Shown here piece by piece: positions 9,824-18,380 of a stretch of DNA of 64,000 nucleotides (positions within the stretch are counted from its first letter, which is position 1; the number at the start of each line of letters is the position of its first letter). The position numbers were made by a program, and so were the translations under genes. The notes beneath the pieces were generated by a model that did no database searches, was not told where the DNA came from, and saw only the letters and a list, made by a program, of their open reading frames with translations. Source of the DNA: an uncultured Bacilli bacterium (lineage in GTDB: Bacteria > Bacillota_I > Bacilli_A > ML615J-28 > CAG-698); assembly GCA_934096585.1 (NCBI GenBank), contig CAKOMG010000001.1:2256-66255 (forward strand), read 5' to 3'.

Positions 9824-10459
9824 TTATAATTCCTTTATAATCTTATATAATTCATTAGGTTCAGCAATAATAGCATCTGCTTCTTTTAAATATTGTTCGT
9901 TTCTAAATCCCCACAGCACTCCTATAGTTTTCATATGAGCATTTTTACCAGTTTCTATATCGACATCAGAATCTCCAATAAAAATTCCATTTGTTTGTAT
10001 ATCTAATTTTTTCTTTATTTCTAAAACTCCATCGGGATAAGGTTTAATGCGATTACAATCTTTTTTTCCTAAAACAACATCAAAAGTATTTGGAAAATAC
10101 TTTGCAATCATTTTGTTGGTATCGTTATCCGGTTTATTAGAAAATACAGCAATTTTTATATTATCTTTTTTTAATTTTATTAATTCTTCAATTATACCAT
10201 CATATGGTCTAGTGTTAACTTCACAGTTTTCATGATAGTATTTTAAATAATCACATTTAACATCATTAAATTTTTCCAAATTATCTTTTATTGCTCGTTT
10301 AATTAATAAATCAACGCCATTTCCTATCATGTATTTAATTTCATCTTTTGTAACTGTATTTAAATTGTTTTTATTTAATGCATAGTTAACACTAATAGAA
10401 ATATCATCTAATGTGTTAAGTAATGTTCCATCTAAATCAAATATAACTAACTTTACCAT
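9824..10459 (-). CDS. HAD-family hydrolase (phosphatase)
   Basis: DLDGTL motif I at the N-terminus, GDSDVD motif IV. 211 aa. AAAGGTGA RBS. Confidence 0.7.
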   Translation of the reverse strand: MVKLVIFDLDGTLLNTLDDISISVNYALNKNNLNTVTKDEIKYMIGNGVDLLIKRAIKDNLEKFNDVKCDYLKYYHENCEVNTRPYDGIIEELIKLKKDNIKIAVFSNKPDNDTNKMIAKYFPNTFDVVLGKKDCNRIKPYPDGVLEIKKKLDIQTNGIFIGDSDVDIETGKNAHMKTIGVLWGFRNEQYLKEADAIIAEPNELYKIIKEL

Positions 10460-10473
10460 TTCTTATCACCTTT

Positions 10474-10505
10474 AAATATTATATCAAAAATTTAACAATT
10501 TTTAA
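10474..10505 (-). promoter_or_regulatory. Promoter of the HAD-truB-ribF-mtnN operon (extended -10 TGaTATAAT)
   Basis: Minus strand reads ...tttaaaaattgttaaatttttgaTATAATatttaaaggtgataagaaATG. Confidence 0.4.
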
Positions 10506-10552
10506 AGTAGAAAATTAATATTTTAAATTACTATTATTTTATTTATACTATA

Positions 10553-10582
10553 ATTAAAAAAAGAGCCTAAAAGAGACTCTTA
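10553..10582 (-). terminator. Rho-independent terminator after the ABC-2 permease gene
   Basis: Minus strand AAGAGTCTCTTTTAGGCTCTT followed by TTTTTTT. Confidence 0.5.
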
Positions 10583-11407
10583 ATTTAATTCAAAATCTTT
10601 ATCAATTATATTATAGCTAATTAAATACATTCCAATAATCAATAATATGTCAAAAATCAATTTAGTAAAATTTATTACATAACTTGATAACCCTAATGGG
10701 CTTAAATCATCAAATAAACCAGCGTTAAATGCATAACCATTTTCTGTGATTATAATACCAAAAGGTATAACTAATGCAACTGTATTTAAAACAGATATAC
10801 AAGTATAAACTCCCAAGGCAATACCAATAGCAATAATCGCTTTATTCTTTTTAGCTCTTAAATAATTTGTTAATGAACCGGCCATCAAAAGTATAAGAAT
10901 TAACTTCAATAATGATGATAAAGTTGTATAAATTATTTTTACTGATGTTAATCCGGAAAAAAAGATATTAGAAATTATTGATTTGAAAGTTTGTAAAAAA
11001 TCTAATGATGTATTTACTATCGCTACAAATACTAATGAAGCTCCTAAAAAATTCACAATTATAAATCCTATACCCCAAAGCATTGAAACCAATAGTTTAG
11101 ATAGTAATAATTGTTTTGTTGAAACAGGAATAGACATCGTTAAGTATCCTTCATCACCAAATATTTTATCTAAAAAAGTCCTTTTAATACTAATAAAGAA
11201 AAACACTACTGGAGCTAATAAAGCAGAAACTAAAGCAAATGATATACCTGTCGTAATTATTGACATAAATGGAGACCATGGATTTTGATAACGTGATACA
11301 AAAAACATATAAATAGCATAAATTAAATATCCAACAAAGCTAATACCATATCCAATAACATTATTTTTCCAATAATCCGCAAACTCATGTTTAATTAATT
11401 GGCGCAC
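10580..11407 (-). CDS. ABC-2 type exporter permease (6 TM) of the kinase/NTase/PqqD cassette
   Basis: Polytopic membrane protein. Likely GTG start at 11407, 7 nt after an AAGGAGGTG RBS. This overlaps the ATPase stop by 17 nt, whereas the track start at 11434 would overlap by 44 nt. Confidence 0.7.
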   Translation of the reverse strand: MRQLIKHEFADYWKNNVIGYGISFVGYLIYAIYMFFVSRYQNPWSPFMSIITTGISFALVSALLAPVVFFFISIKRTFLDKIFGDEGYLTMSIPVSTKQLLLSKLLVSMLWGIGFIIVNFLGASLVFVAIVNTSLDFLQTFKSIISNIFFSGLTSVKIIYTTLSSLLKLILILLMAGSLTNYLRAKKNKAIIAIGIALGVYTCISVLNTVALVIPFGIIITENGYAFNAGLFDDLSPLGLSSYVINFTKLIFDILLIIGMYLISYNIIDKDFELN

Positions 11408-12104
11408 AACGATACACCTCCTTAAATATTTCATTTAAACTTTTACCGCTATTGTTTCTAATTGTTTGCACATCATTACGAAGTGATACTTGACCATTCT
11501 TTAAAAAGATTGCATAATCTAAAATATTTTCAACTTCTGAAATTAAATGTGTGCAAATAATTATAGTTGAATCATCATTTTTTCCATTTAGTATTAATTG
11601 GAAAATTACATCTCTAGCAGCAGGGTCCACTCCCGCAATTGGTTCATCAAATATAAATACTTTCGCATTTCTTGATAAAACTAATATTATTTGTAATTTT
11701 TCTTTTGTTCCTTTAGATAATTCATTAAAGCTTTGATTAATATCTATTCCAAGTTCCTTTATTAATCGTAATGCCTTTTCTTTATCAAAGTCCACAAAAT
11801 AATCCGAAAAATAATCTAATATTTTTGTAATCGATAACCTTGATGGTAAACAAGGGCGATCAGGAAGATATGAAATGATCTTTTTAGTTTCTGGGCTTGG
11901 TTTTAATCCATAGATAAGTACTTCTCCTGTATACTTTTTTAATAAACCAGTTATAACCTTTATCATAGTCGTTTTTCCACTGCCATTAGGTCCCAGTAAT
12001 CCTATAATTTTTCCTTTGGGAAAATTAAGATCAACGTTATTTAAAGCAACAACATTTCCATATTTTTTTGTTAGAGCTTTAAATTCAATAATTGAATCAT
12101 TCAT
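11391..12104 (-). CDS. ABC transporter ATP-binding protein
   Basis: GPNGSGKTT Walker A, LSKGTKEKL signature, IFDEP Walker B. The start overlaps the peptidase stop (ATGA-type coupling). Confidence 0.85.
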   Translation of the reverse strand: MNDSIIEFKALTKKYGNVVALNNVDLNFPKGKIIGLLGPNGSGKTTMIKVITGLLKKYTGEVLIYGLKPSPETKKIISYLPDRPCLPSRLSITKILDYFSDYFVDFDKEKALRLIKELGIDINQSFNELSKGTKEKLQIILVLSRNAKVFIFDEPIAGVDPAARDVIFQLILNGKNDDSTIIICTHLISEVENILDYAIFLKNGQVSLRNDVQTIRNNSGKSLNEIFKEVYRCAPIN

Positions 12105-12537
12105 TTTTTGTTCCTCTCTTTCTAAAAAATTTTATAAACATAAACTTTAAAAAAACAAATGGTCTAAATAAACTAACTAAACGTGAATACAATTTATACC
12201 AAAAATTGTCAATAGAAACATATCTTTCTTTACGATAAAAGCCAGCCATAATGGCTATCATATTGTGGTCTTTAATTGTATATTCTTTTTTGTATTGATT
12301 GTCCCCACAAATAATATAAGCGCCGTTATTTGCTTTTAGAACACGATGTAATACATATTTTCCATTATCACGTTGAAACAATACAACATCATATTTTTTT
12401 ATTGTCCTATCAATTGGTTTTAATAGAACTGTGTCTTTGCCTTGTCTTAGCATTGGGAACATACTTGTTCCAACAATATTGGTAACAAAATATCCTTTTG
12501 TGGCTAAAATTGTTTTGTAATCATTCATTTTATTCAT
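12097..12537 (-). CDS. Soluble S24/S26-family (signal-peptidase-I/LexA-like) Ser/Lys peptidase
   Basis: 146 aa, no TM helix. GTSMFPML (box B Ser), HRVLK (Lys), ICGDNQ (box E GDN). Confidence 0.6.
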   Translation of the reverse strand: MNKMNDYKTILATKGYFVTNIVGTSMFPMLRQGKDTVLLKPIDRTIKKYDVVLFQRDNGKYVLHRVLKANNGAYIICGDNQYKKEYTIKDHNMIAIMAGFYRKERYVSIDNFWYKLYSRLVSLFRPFVFLKFMFIKFFRKRGTKNE

Positions 12538-12796
12538 CTAAAACATTTATCTTTTCAAGTTCAGAAATAAATGACTTTACATCTTTTATAGCTATTTCTC
12601 TAGAAACATCATATGTTTTCATTAATTCATCAACTAGTTTTTCTTCTGTTGTTCCTTTCATTAGAAAGTTCCATAAAAAAGCGCTAGTTTCATTTAAAGT
12701 AATCATTCCATTAAATTGTTTAGATGCTTCGCCAACAGGAACTACAATATAATTATCAGCTACCATTCTAAGCATAAAGCCTGATTTAATTTTCAT
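12530..12796 (-). CDS. PqqD-family peptide chaperone (RiPP recognition element-like)
   Basis: 88 aa. ...ITLNETSAFLWNFLMKGTTEEKLVDELMKTYDVSREIAIKDVKSFISELEKINVL follows the PqqD consensus (LNetaa.iW.ll.G..t.eei...l...Ydv..e.a..Dv..fl..L). Confidence 0.8.
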   Translation of the reverse strand: MKIKSGFMLRMVADNYIVVPVGEASKQFNGMITLNETSAFLWNFLMKGTTEEKLVDELMKTYDVSREIAIKDVKSFISELEKINVLDE

Positions 12797-12798
12797 AT

Positions 12799-13983
12799 TT
12801 ATATTTTTCCTTTCACATTTAAATCTTCGTGGAGATTCTTTAGTTTTTCAACATTTTCTTTTGATATATTATTTACATCTTTTACTTCTTCTTTAGTTTT
12901 CTTAATATGAAATATTCCTTTTAAAAGCCTAGTAAAATAAAACCATGGTAATAGAATAGGCATTTTTTTAGTAATAGGGTTTCTTATATTCATTGTTTCT
13001 TTACTTGGAAATAATCTTTTTAATATGTATTTTGATTTTGATTTTTCCAAGTTGTTAATTGCATCTTCATTCATAAAGATTGCAATAGATGCGCTATTTT
13101 TTAAGGTTCCATATGTTCCACTATTAAACACGCATTCTTCAAAATTGTTTATTAAGATAGTTTCTTCGTTATTACCAAACCAATAATTTGATAAATCGAT
13201 AGAAGCTTTCGCATATTTTGATAATCCCATTAAATCAAGTTCTTGATAAATATATTCATAATTTAAGGATTCATAATTATGAATAAATAAATATACGTCT
13301 ATAAAAGTTCTAATGCCTGTGCCACCATATGCAAAATGTTTAGCACTGTGTGCAATCATATAAATAAAGAAATCTTCTTTAGTCATTTGATACTCATAAT
13401 GACTTCCTTCTTTTAATATCAATTTTTTATTAATATTTTTATAATATTTACTTATTTTATAGCATTCATTCATCAATTCACGATGCATTTCAACGTTCAT
13501 ATAAGGTTTTTTGTAATACACATCATGATTACCTTTATTAAACATTTCAACTGTATATCCTAAATTAATCATTATTTTTTTAATAAGTTTTGCTTGTGTT
13601 TTATCAAAGTAGCAATCAAAGTCAGCCATACTGCGCAAATCTATATGTGGATATAAGTTTTTAATTACAGCACCTTTTAATGGCATAAACTTGATATGTT
13701 CACTTTCAAAAGTCTTCATTAAATCTTCTATTTCTGCTCCTTGCGTAGCAACCTTAAATAGAGATTCTTTAAATGCCATAGTTACTCTTGTTGAAAACTC
13801 TTCATATTTACTATTATCAAAAGATGGATTTTTAATTAGTCCATAATATAAAAAGTTTTCAACATTATGAACTTTTGCAATTGTAAATAATTTTGAATAT
13901 GAAACATCTAAAAAATGTGTTAAGGGAGTATTAGTCAAAACACTTTTGATAATTGATATTAAATAAATATATTCATTATTCAT
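12799..13983 (-). CDS. Nucleotidyltransferase-family protein (PF14907-like, 'uncharacterised NTase')
   Basis: 394 aa. FMPLKGAVIKNLYPHIDLRSMADFDCYF matches the LKG...YP...R..D.D core of this family. Confidence 0.7.
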   Translation of the reverse strand: MNNEYIYLISIIKSVLTNTPLTHFLDVSYSKLFTIAKVHNVENFLYYGLIKNPSFDNSKYEEFSTRVTMAFKESLFKVATQGAEIEDLMKTFESEHIKFMPLKGAVIKNLYPHIDLRSMADFDCYFDKTQAKLIKKIMINLGYTVEMFNKGNHDVYYKKPYMNVEMHRELMNECYKISKYYKNINKKLILKEGSHYEYQMTKEDFFIYMIAHSAKHFAYGGTGIRTFIDVYLFIHNYESLNYEYIYQELDLMGLSKYAKASIDLSNYWFGNNEETILINNFEECVFNSGTYGTLKNSASIAIFMNEDAINNLEKSKSKYILKRLFPSKETMNIRNPITKKMPILLPWFYFTRLLKGIFHIKKTKEEVKDVNNISKENVEKLKNLHEDLNVKGKI

Positions 13984-13987
13984 ATTG

Positions 13988-14695
13988 TCATTTCCTATTC
14001 ACTGTTCTATAAACTAATTCAACAGCTTCATCACTAATATTGCATTTCAAACCATAAATTGGAATTGTTTTTACAACCGTATTAATTATAAATAACAAAT
14101 TTTCCATTGTTTTATCATCACTTGGTCTTATTGTCTGTGATAAAATATTATATATTGCTTCTTTTCCACTAAGTAAGCGAATTTCATTAGTTATACCGCG
14201 TTCTAAAAAAATAATTGCTTTAATAGGATAACATGCATTTATATTTAAATCTGTTTTTCCAGAAAACGGAGTACCATAAGCATAAATTTTAGAATTTTCA
14301 ATCAGAATAGCTGGTTTATCATCATTTAAAATTTTTGCACCCTTAAAATATTTAACCCATAAATTAGTATGTGTTGATTTTCCAACTCCAGAAAAAGCAG
14401 AAAACAAATAAGCATAGTCTTCATAAACGACACAAGAAGAATGTAATAGGAAGCCTCCATTATCTATTAAGAATTCATAAAAGCGAGCTCCATATAACAT
14501 GTATTCACATTCACCTATTGTTAGAGCTGGAAAATGTTTTGAATAATCATCTAATTCTTTTTTTGAAATAGACAAATCTGCCATAGCTTCTTCTTTTTTT
14601 GTTTTGTAATTTTCACTTTGTGTAAGTAAAGGTTGATATTTAGGATTCATAAATACAACTTTTTTAGCTATTTCATAGTTCATATATATCACCAA
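13988..14695 (-). CDS. HPr kinase/phosphorylase C-terminal-domain-like P-loop kinase (HprK-related)
   Basis: 235 aa. Walker A FSGVGKST embedded as in HprK (GxSGxGKSE/T). No HPr-binding N-domain. GGTGA RBS. Confidence 0.7.
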   Translation of the reverse strand: MVIYMNYEIAKKVVFMNPKYQPLLTQSENYKTKKEEAMADLSISKKELDDYSKHFPALTIGECEYMLYGARFYEFLIDNGGFLLHSSCVVYEDYAYLFSAFSGVGKSTHTNLWVKYFKGAKILNDDKPAILIENSKIYAYGTPFSGKTDLNINACYPIKAIIFLERGITNEIRLLSGKEAIYNILSQTIRPSDDKTMENLLFIINTVVKTIPIYGLKCNISDEAVELVYRTVNRK

Positions 14696-14700
14696 TTTAT

Positions 14701-14729
14701 ATTATATCAAAAATGTAACTTAAAAGCAA
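14701..14729 (-). promoter_or_regulatory. Promoter of the kinase cassette (TTGCTT-17-TGaTATAAT)
   Basis: Minus strand TTGCTTttaagttacatttttgaTATAAT, about 20 nt upstream of ATG 14695. This leaves a 5'UTR of about 15 nt. Confidence 0.5.
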
Positions 14730-14767
14730 ATAAATGCCTTGTAAAAAATTATTTATTTTTAAATCAA

Positions 14768-14778
14768 AATATGATATA
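14768..14778 (+). promoter_or_regulatory. Extended -10 (TGaTATAAT) for the CofE-like gene
   Basis: atgatataat read directly, 30 nt upstream of ATG 14809. The -35 is unclear. Confidence 0.35.
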
Positions 14779-14808
14779 ATTAGTCGTATTCATAAGGAGG
14801 TAGTATTT

Positions 14809-15999
14809 ATGGATAGATTAGTTGGTACTGTATCTAGAGGAATTAGAGGACCAATCATTCGTGAAAATGATGATATTTGTGAGATAGTTGTTGACTGTAT
14901 GTTAAAGGCAAGTGAAAGCGAACATTTCACTTTTCACGATAAAGATGTTATTGCTCTTACTGAAGCAGTAGTTGCAAGAGCACAAGGAAACTATGCAACT
15001 ATCGATCAAATCGCCGAGGATATCAAGCAAAAATTTCCTAATGGAATTATAGGTCTTACATTCCCTATTTTAAGCAGAAACAGATTTTCTGTATGTTTAA
15101 AAGGAATTGCAAAAGGGGCGAAAAAAATTATATTAATGTTAAGTTATCCATCTGATGAAGTTGGAAATCATCTGGTAACATTAGATCAATTAGATGAAAA
15201 GCATATCAATCCATGGACAGATGTTTTAACAGAACAACAATTTAGAGATGCATTTGGTTATCAACCACATCATTTCACAGGAGTAGATTACGTAAAATAT
15301 TATCATGATTTAATCACTAGTATGGGTGCAGAAGTTGAAATTATTTTCGCTAACGACGTAAGAACTATATTAAACTATACTGATTCTGTTCTATGTTGCG
15401 ACATTCACACACGTGAAAGAAGCAAAAGACTATTAAAAGAAAAAGGTGCAAAAACCGTTTATGGATTGGATGATGTTTTAAGTTCTTCAGTTAATGGCAG
15501 TGGCTATAATGAAAAATATGGACTATTAGGAAGTAATAAAGCAACTGATGAAAAAATCAAATTATTCCCAAGAGATGGCCAAAAAGTTGTAGATCGTGTT
15601 CAACAAATGATGCTTGAAAAAACAGGAAAACATGTTGAAGTAATGATTTATGGAGATGGTGCTTTTAAGGATCCAGTTGGAAAAATTTGGGAACTTGCTG
15701 ACCCTGTATGCTCTCCATTCTATACAAAAGGATTAGTAGGACAACCTAATGAAGTTAAATTAAAGTATCTTGCTGACAATGATTTTGCTAATTTAAATGG
15801 TCAAGAACTAACTGAAGCAATATCAGAATATATTAAAAAGAAAGATTCTAATCTAAAAGGACAAATGGTATCACAAGGTACTACCCCTCGTCAACTTACT
15901 GATTTAATTGGTTCACTATGTGATTTAACATCTGGAAGCGGAGATAAAGGAACACCATTCATTTTAATCCAAGGATATTTTGATAATTATACAAATTAA
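14809..15999 (+). CDS. CofE-like (F420-0:gamma-glutamyl ligase family) protein
   Basis: AGGAGG RBS then ATG at 14809 (MDRLVGTVSRGIRGPII). C-terminal SGSGDKGTPFILIQGY resembles the CofE GEGxEGxPxxIVRG motif, and MIYGDGAFKDP resembles SDTNGRAFR. Family assignment was made by eye only. Confidence 0.5.
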   Translation: MDRLVGTVSRGIRGPIIRENDDICEIVVDCMLKASESEHFTFHDKDVIALTEAVVARAQGNYATIDQIAEDIKQKFPNGIIGLTFPILSRNRFSVCLKGIAKGAKKIILMLSYPSDEVGNHLVTLDQLDEKHINPWTDVLTEQQFRDAFGYQPHHFTGVDYVKYYHDLITSMGAEVEIIFANDVRTILNYTDSVLCCDIHTRERSKRLLKEKGAKTVYGLDDVLSSSVNGSGYNEKYGLLGSNKATDEKIKLFPRDGQKVVDRVQQMMLEKTGKHVEVMIYGDGAFKDPVGKIWELADPVCSPFYTKGLVGQPNEVKLKYLADNDFANLNGQELTEAISEYIKKKDSNLKGQMVSQGTTPRQLTDLIGSLCDLTSGSGDKGTPFILIQGYFDNYTN

Positions 16000-16005
16000 T
16001 AATAA

Positions 16006-16035
16006 AAGTTCATGATTTATTCATGAGCTTTTTTC
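16006..16035 (+). terminator. Rho-independent terminator
   Basis: GTTCATGAtttatTCATGAGC followed by TTTTTT. Confidence 0.6.
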
Positions 16036-16080
16036 TATCTCTACTCTACTTTAAATTTACTCACTTCCATTATTATTTTA

Positions 16081-16109
16081 TTGCAAATTTTGACTTTTTT
16101 TGATATAAT
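16081..16109 (+). promoter_or_regulatory. Promoter (TTGCAA-17-TATAAT) of the TetR-family gene
   Basis: ttgcaaattttgactttttttgatataat read directly. Confidence 0.4.
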
Positions 16110-16134
16110 TAATGTAACAAAAAGGTAAACAATT

Positions 16135-16713
16135 ATGCAAAACGATAAGAATTTTGAAACAAAACAAAAACTTTCTTCAACATTAATTGCTATGATGAAT
16201 GTAAAACCAATTTCTAAAATTACTATTACTTCTTTAGTAACAAAATGTAAATTAAATCGTAAAACTTTTTATTATCATTTTATTGATATTTATGATTTAT
16301 TAGAATACACATTAAAACAAGAAATCTTAAACAAACTTGAAGAAATGGATTTAGTAAAAGATATTGATGAAGCAATTGAATTAATTATGGATTATGTTGT
16401 TACAAATAAAAGAATGATTATCAATGTGATTAATGATGTAAAAATCGACACTATAAAATTATTCTTTAAAAATAATTTTAATCAAATATTGAGAAAATAT
16501 GTGGAAGAAATTATTGATATTAATAATTATAATATTTCTGATGAATTCATTAAATATTCAACAACAACTTTAAGTAGTGTTATAGCTAGTGCTGTTTATA
16601 CTTGGCTATTAAATAATGAAGAATATGACAAGTACCAAGTTTTAACTAATACAACATTTATATTTAAAAATGCTTTGAACGCAGTTCTTGCTAAAGCAAA
16701 TAACTTAAAATAA
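16135..16713 (+). CDS. TetR/AcrR-family transcriptional regulator (DhaS-like)
   Basis: N-terminal HTH ITITSLVTKCKLNRKTFYYHFIDIYDLL (TFYYHF signature). 192 aa. Confidence 0.7.
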   Translation: MQNDKNFETKQKLSSTLIAMMNVKPISKITITSLVTKCKLNRKTFYYHFIDIYDLLEYTLKQEILNKLEEMDLVKDIDEAIELIMDYVVTNKRMIINVINDVKIDTIKLFFKNNFNQILRKYVEEIIDINNYNISDEFIKYSTTTLSSVIASAVYTWLLNNEEYDKYQVLTNTTFIFKNALNAVLAKANNLK

Positions 16714-16740
16714 AGAGCCCAAATTTGAGCTCTTTTTTAT
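16712..16740. terminator. Bidirectional terminator between convergent genes
   Basis: AAAGAGCccaaatttgaGCTCTTT flanked by T-runs on both strands. Confidence 0.6.
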
Positions 16741-18380
16741 TTCATTTTAACCATGAATGTTGAACCAATATTCACAAATGACTCAACTTTTATTTCATAA
16801 TCACTAATCTCACAAATATGTTTAACAATCGCAAGACCTAAACCTGTTCCATTATTTGCTTTATTTCTGCCTTTATTTTCACAATAAAATCTCTCAAAAA
16901 TACGATTTAGATTTTCCTTTGCAATACCTATACCTGTATCCTTAACTTTCAATGTTTTATTTTTAAATTCTACAGTTAACTCTCCATTATCTTTATTATA
17001 TTTAATTGCATTATCAATTAAATTTCTAACCATTTCATCAATTAAACGACTATCACCCATAACTATTTCATCATCGACATCTAAATTAACATTTATGTTT
17101 TTTGCATTAATCATATTATCTAATGAGCAAAGAATATTGGTAATAATTATTTTCATATTCACTTCTTCTTGTTTTACTAAATAGTTTTGTTCAAGAGAAG
17201 CAAGGTCAAGCATGTCAATAATTATATTGTTCATTCTGCGAGCTTCACTCAAAACTTTTTTTGAATATTCAATTGCTTCATCATCAGTAGCTATCCCTTC
17301 CACAATCAATTGTTCATAACCTATAATGGAAGTTAATGGAGATTTTAATTCATGAGAAGCATTTTGAAAGAAATCTTTTTTCGTTTTATCAAGATTATAA
17401 TCTTCAGTAATATCTTCAATTGTTATAATAATTCCGTCTTCTAACCATGAATTATTGACATGATTAAAAGCAAAGTATAATGCTTTATTATCCATAATTT
17501 TAGTTTTTTCAATGTGTTTTTTTTCTCTTATAGCTGTTAATAAAATTTCTTGTAATTCAATATCTAAAAATAAAAATATAAATTTATTATTAATGATTGA
17601 ATCGTTAGTATGTAACAATTCTTTTCCTTTATTATTGATTAGTTTAATAAGTCCATCATTAGAAATAACTATTACTGCTTGATTTAATAAATCTAAAACT
17701 GTTTTTAACTTTTCCATTTGTACTTCTATTTCATTTATTCTAGTATTTAAAAGATTTGTTAATGAGTCTAATATAGTTGTTAATTCTTCGATTGTTAAGT
17801 CTGTTGAAGAAACATCCGTTTTGGCTAACTTACTTAGCTCATTTACTTTAACCATTATTTTTTTCATACTTTTATTACTCAAAAGGATAAATATAGATAA
17901 TGAAACAACAAAAATAATAATTAATGCCAAAATTCCAATATACACAAATGTAATTATTGTTTGATTAATGTCGCCCATAGGAATAGATAATCTTATAAAA
18001 TATCCATCATCTAGCCCAGCTATATATAGCATTTCTTTTTTTTCTGTATTGGAATATCTTTTGTACACTTTTCCTAAATTATCAATTTGTAGTTCCGGGC
18101 GATCTTTGTGATTGTCTAAATAATCTTTCTCACTATCTATAACAACCGCACCTACATTATCTATAATAGTTATACGAATATCATTAATATTCATTTTATC
18201 AATAGTTTCATTGAAATTTTCACCATCAAATATTTTAGCAGTTAAATTTAAATAATCTTTAATTTGTTTGCAATAAGTATCATAATTCTTTTTATAAATT
18301 ATTAAAGAAGATATTAATAGCATACTAATTAAAGATAAAAGAATTATAAAAGAATTTAATATTATTATTTTTTTTCTCAT
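16737..18380 (-). CDS. phoR: Sensor histidine kinase (PhoR-like)
   Basis: N-terminal TM region. HisKA H-box FFQNASHELKSPLTSIIGY. HATPase_c N/G boxes (DNAIKYN, GTGLGLAIVK). Lies adjacent to the pst-phoU locus. Confidence 0.7.
   Translation of the reverse strand: MRKKIIILNSFIILLSLISMLLISSLIIYKKNYDTYCKQIKDYLNLTAKIFDGENFNETIDKMNINDIRITIIDNVGAVVIDSEKDYLDNHKDRPELQIDNLGKVYKRYSNTEKKEMLYIAGLDDGYFIRLSIPMGDINQTIITFVYIGILALIIIFVVSLSIFILLSNKSMKKIMVKVNELSKLAKTDVSSTDLTIEELTTILDSLTNLLNTRINEIEVQMEKLKTVLDLLNQAVIVISNDGLIKLINNKGKELLHTNDSIINNKFIFLFLDIELQEILLTAIREKKHIEKTKIMDNKALYFAFNHVNNSWLEDGIIITIEDITEDYNLDKTKKDFFQNASHELKSPLTSIIGYEQLIVEGIATDDEAIEYSKKVLSEARRMNNIIIDMLDLASLEQNYLVKQEEVNMKIIITNILCSLDNMINAKNINVNLDVDDEIVMGDSRLIDEMVRNLIDNAIKYNKDNGELTVEFKNKTLKVKDTGIGIAKENLNRIFERFYCENKGRNKANNGTGLGLAIVKHICEISDYEIKVESFVNIGSTFMVKMK

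Noticed and set aside
10983-12752. Antisense ORFs within the tailoring cassette (10983-11288, 11551-11736, 12498-12752, 14371-14571) as candidate precursor peptides
   Set aside because: They are on the opposite strand to a tightly coupled operon, lack RBS or promoters, and are low-complexity. They are not credible RiPP precursors.
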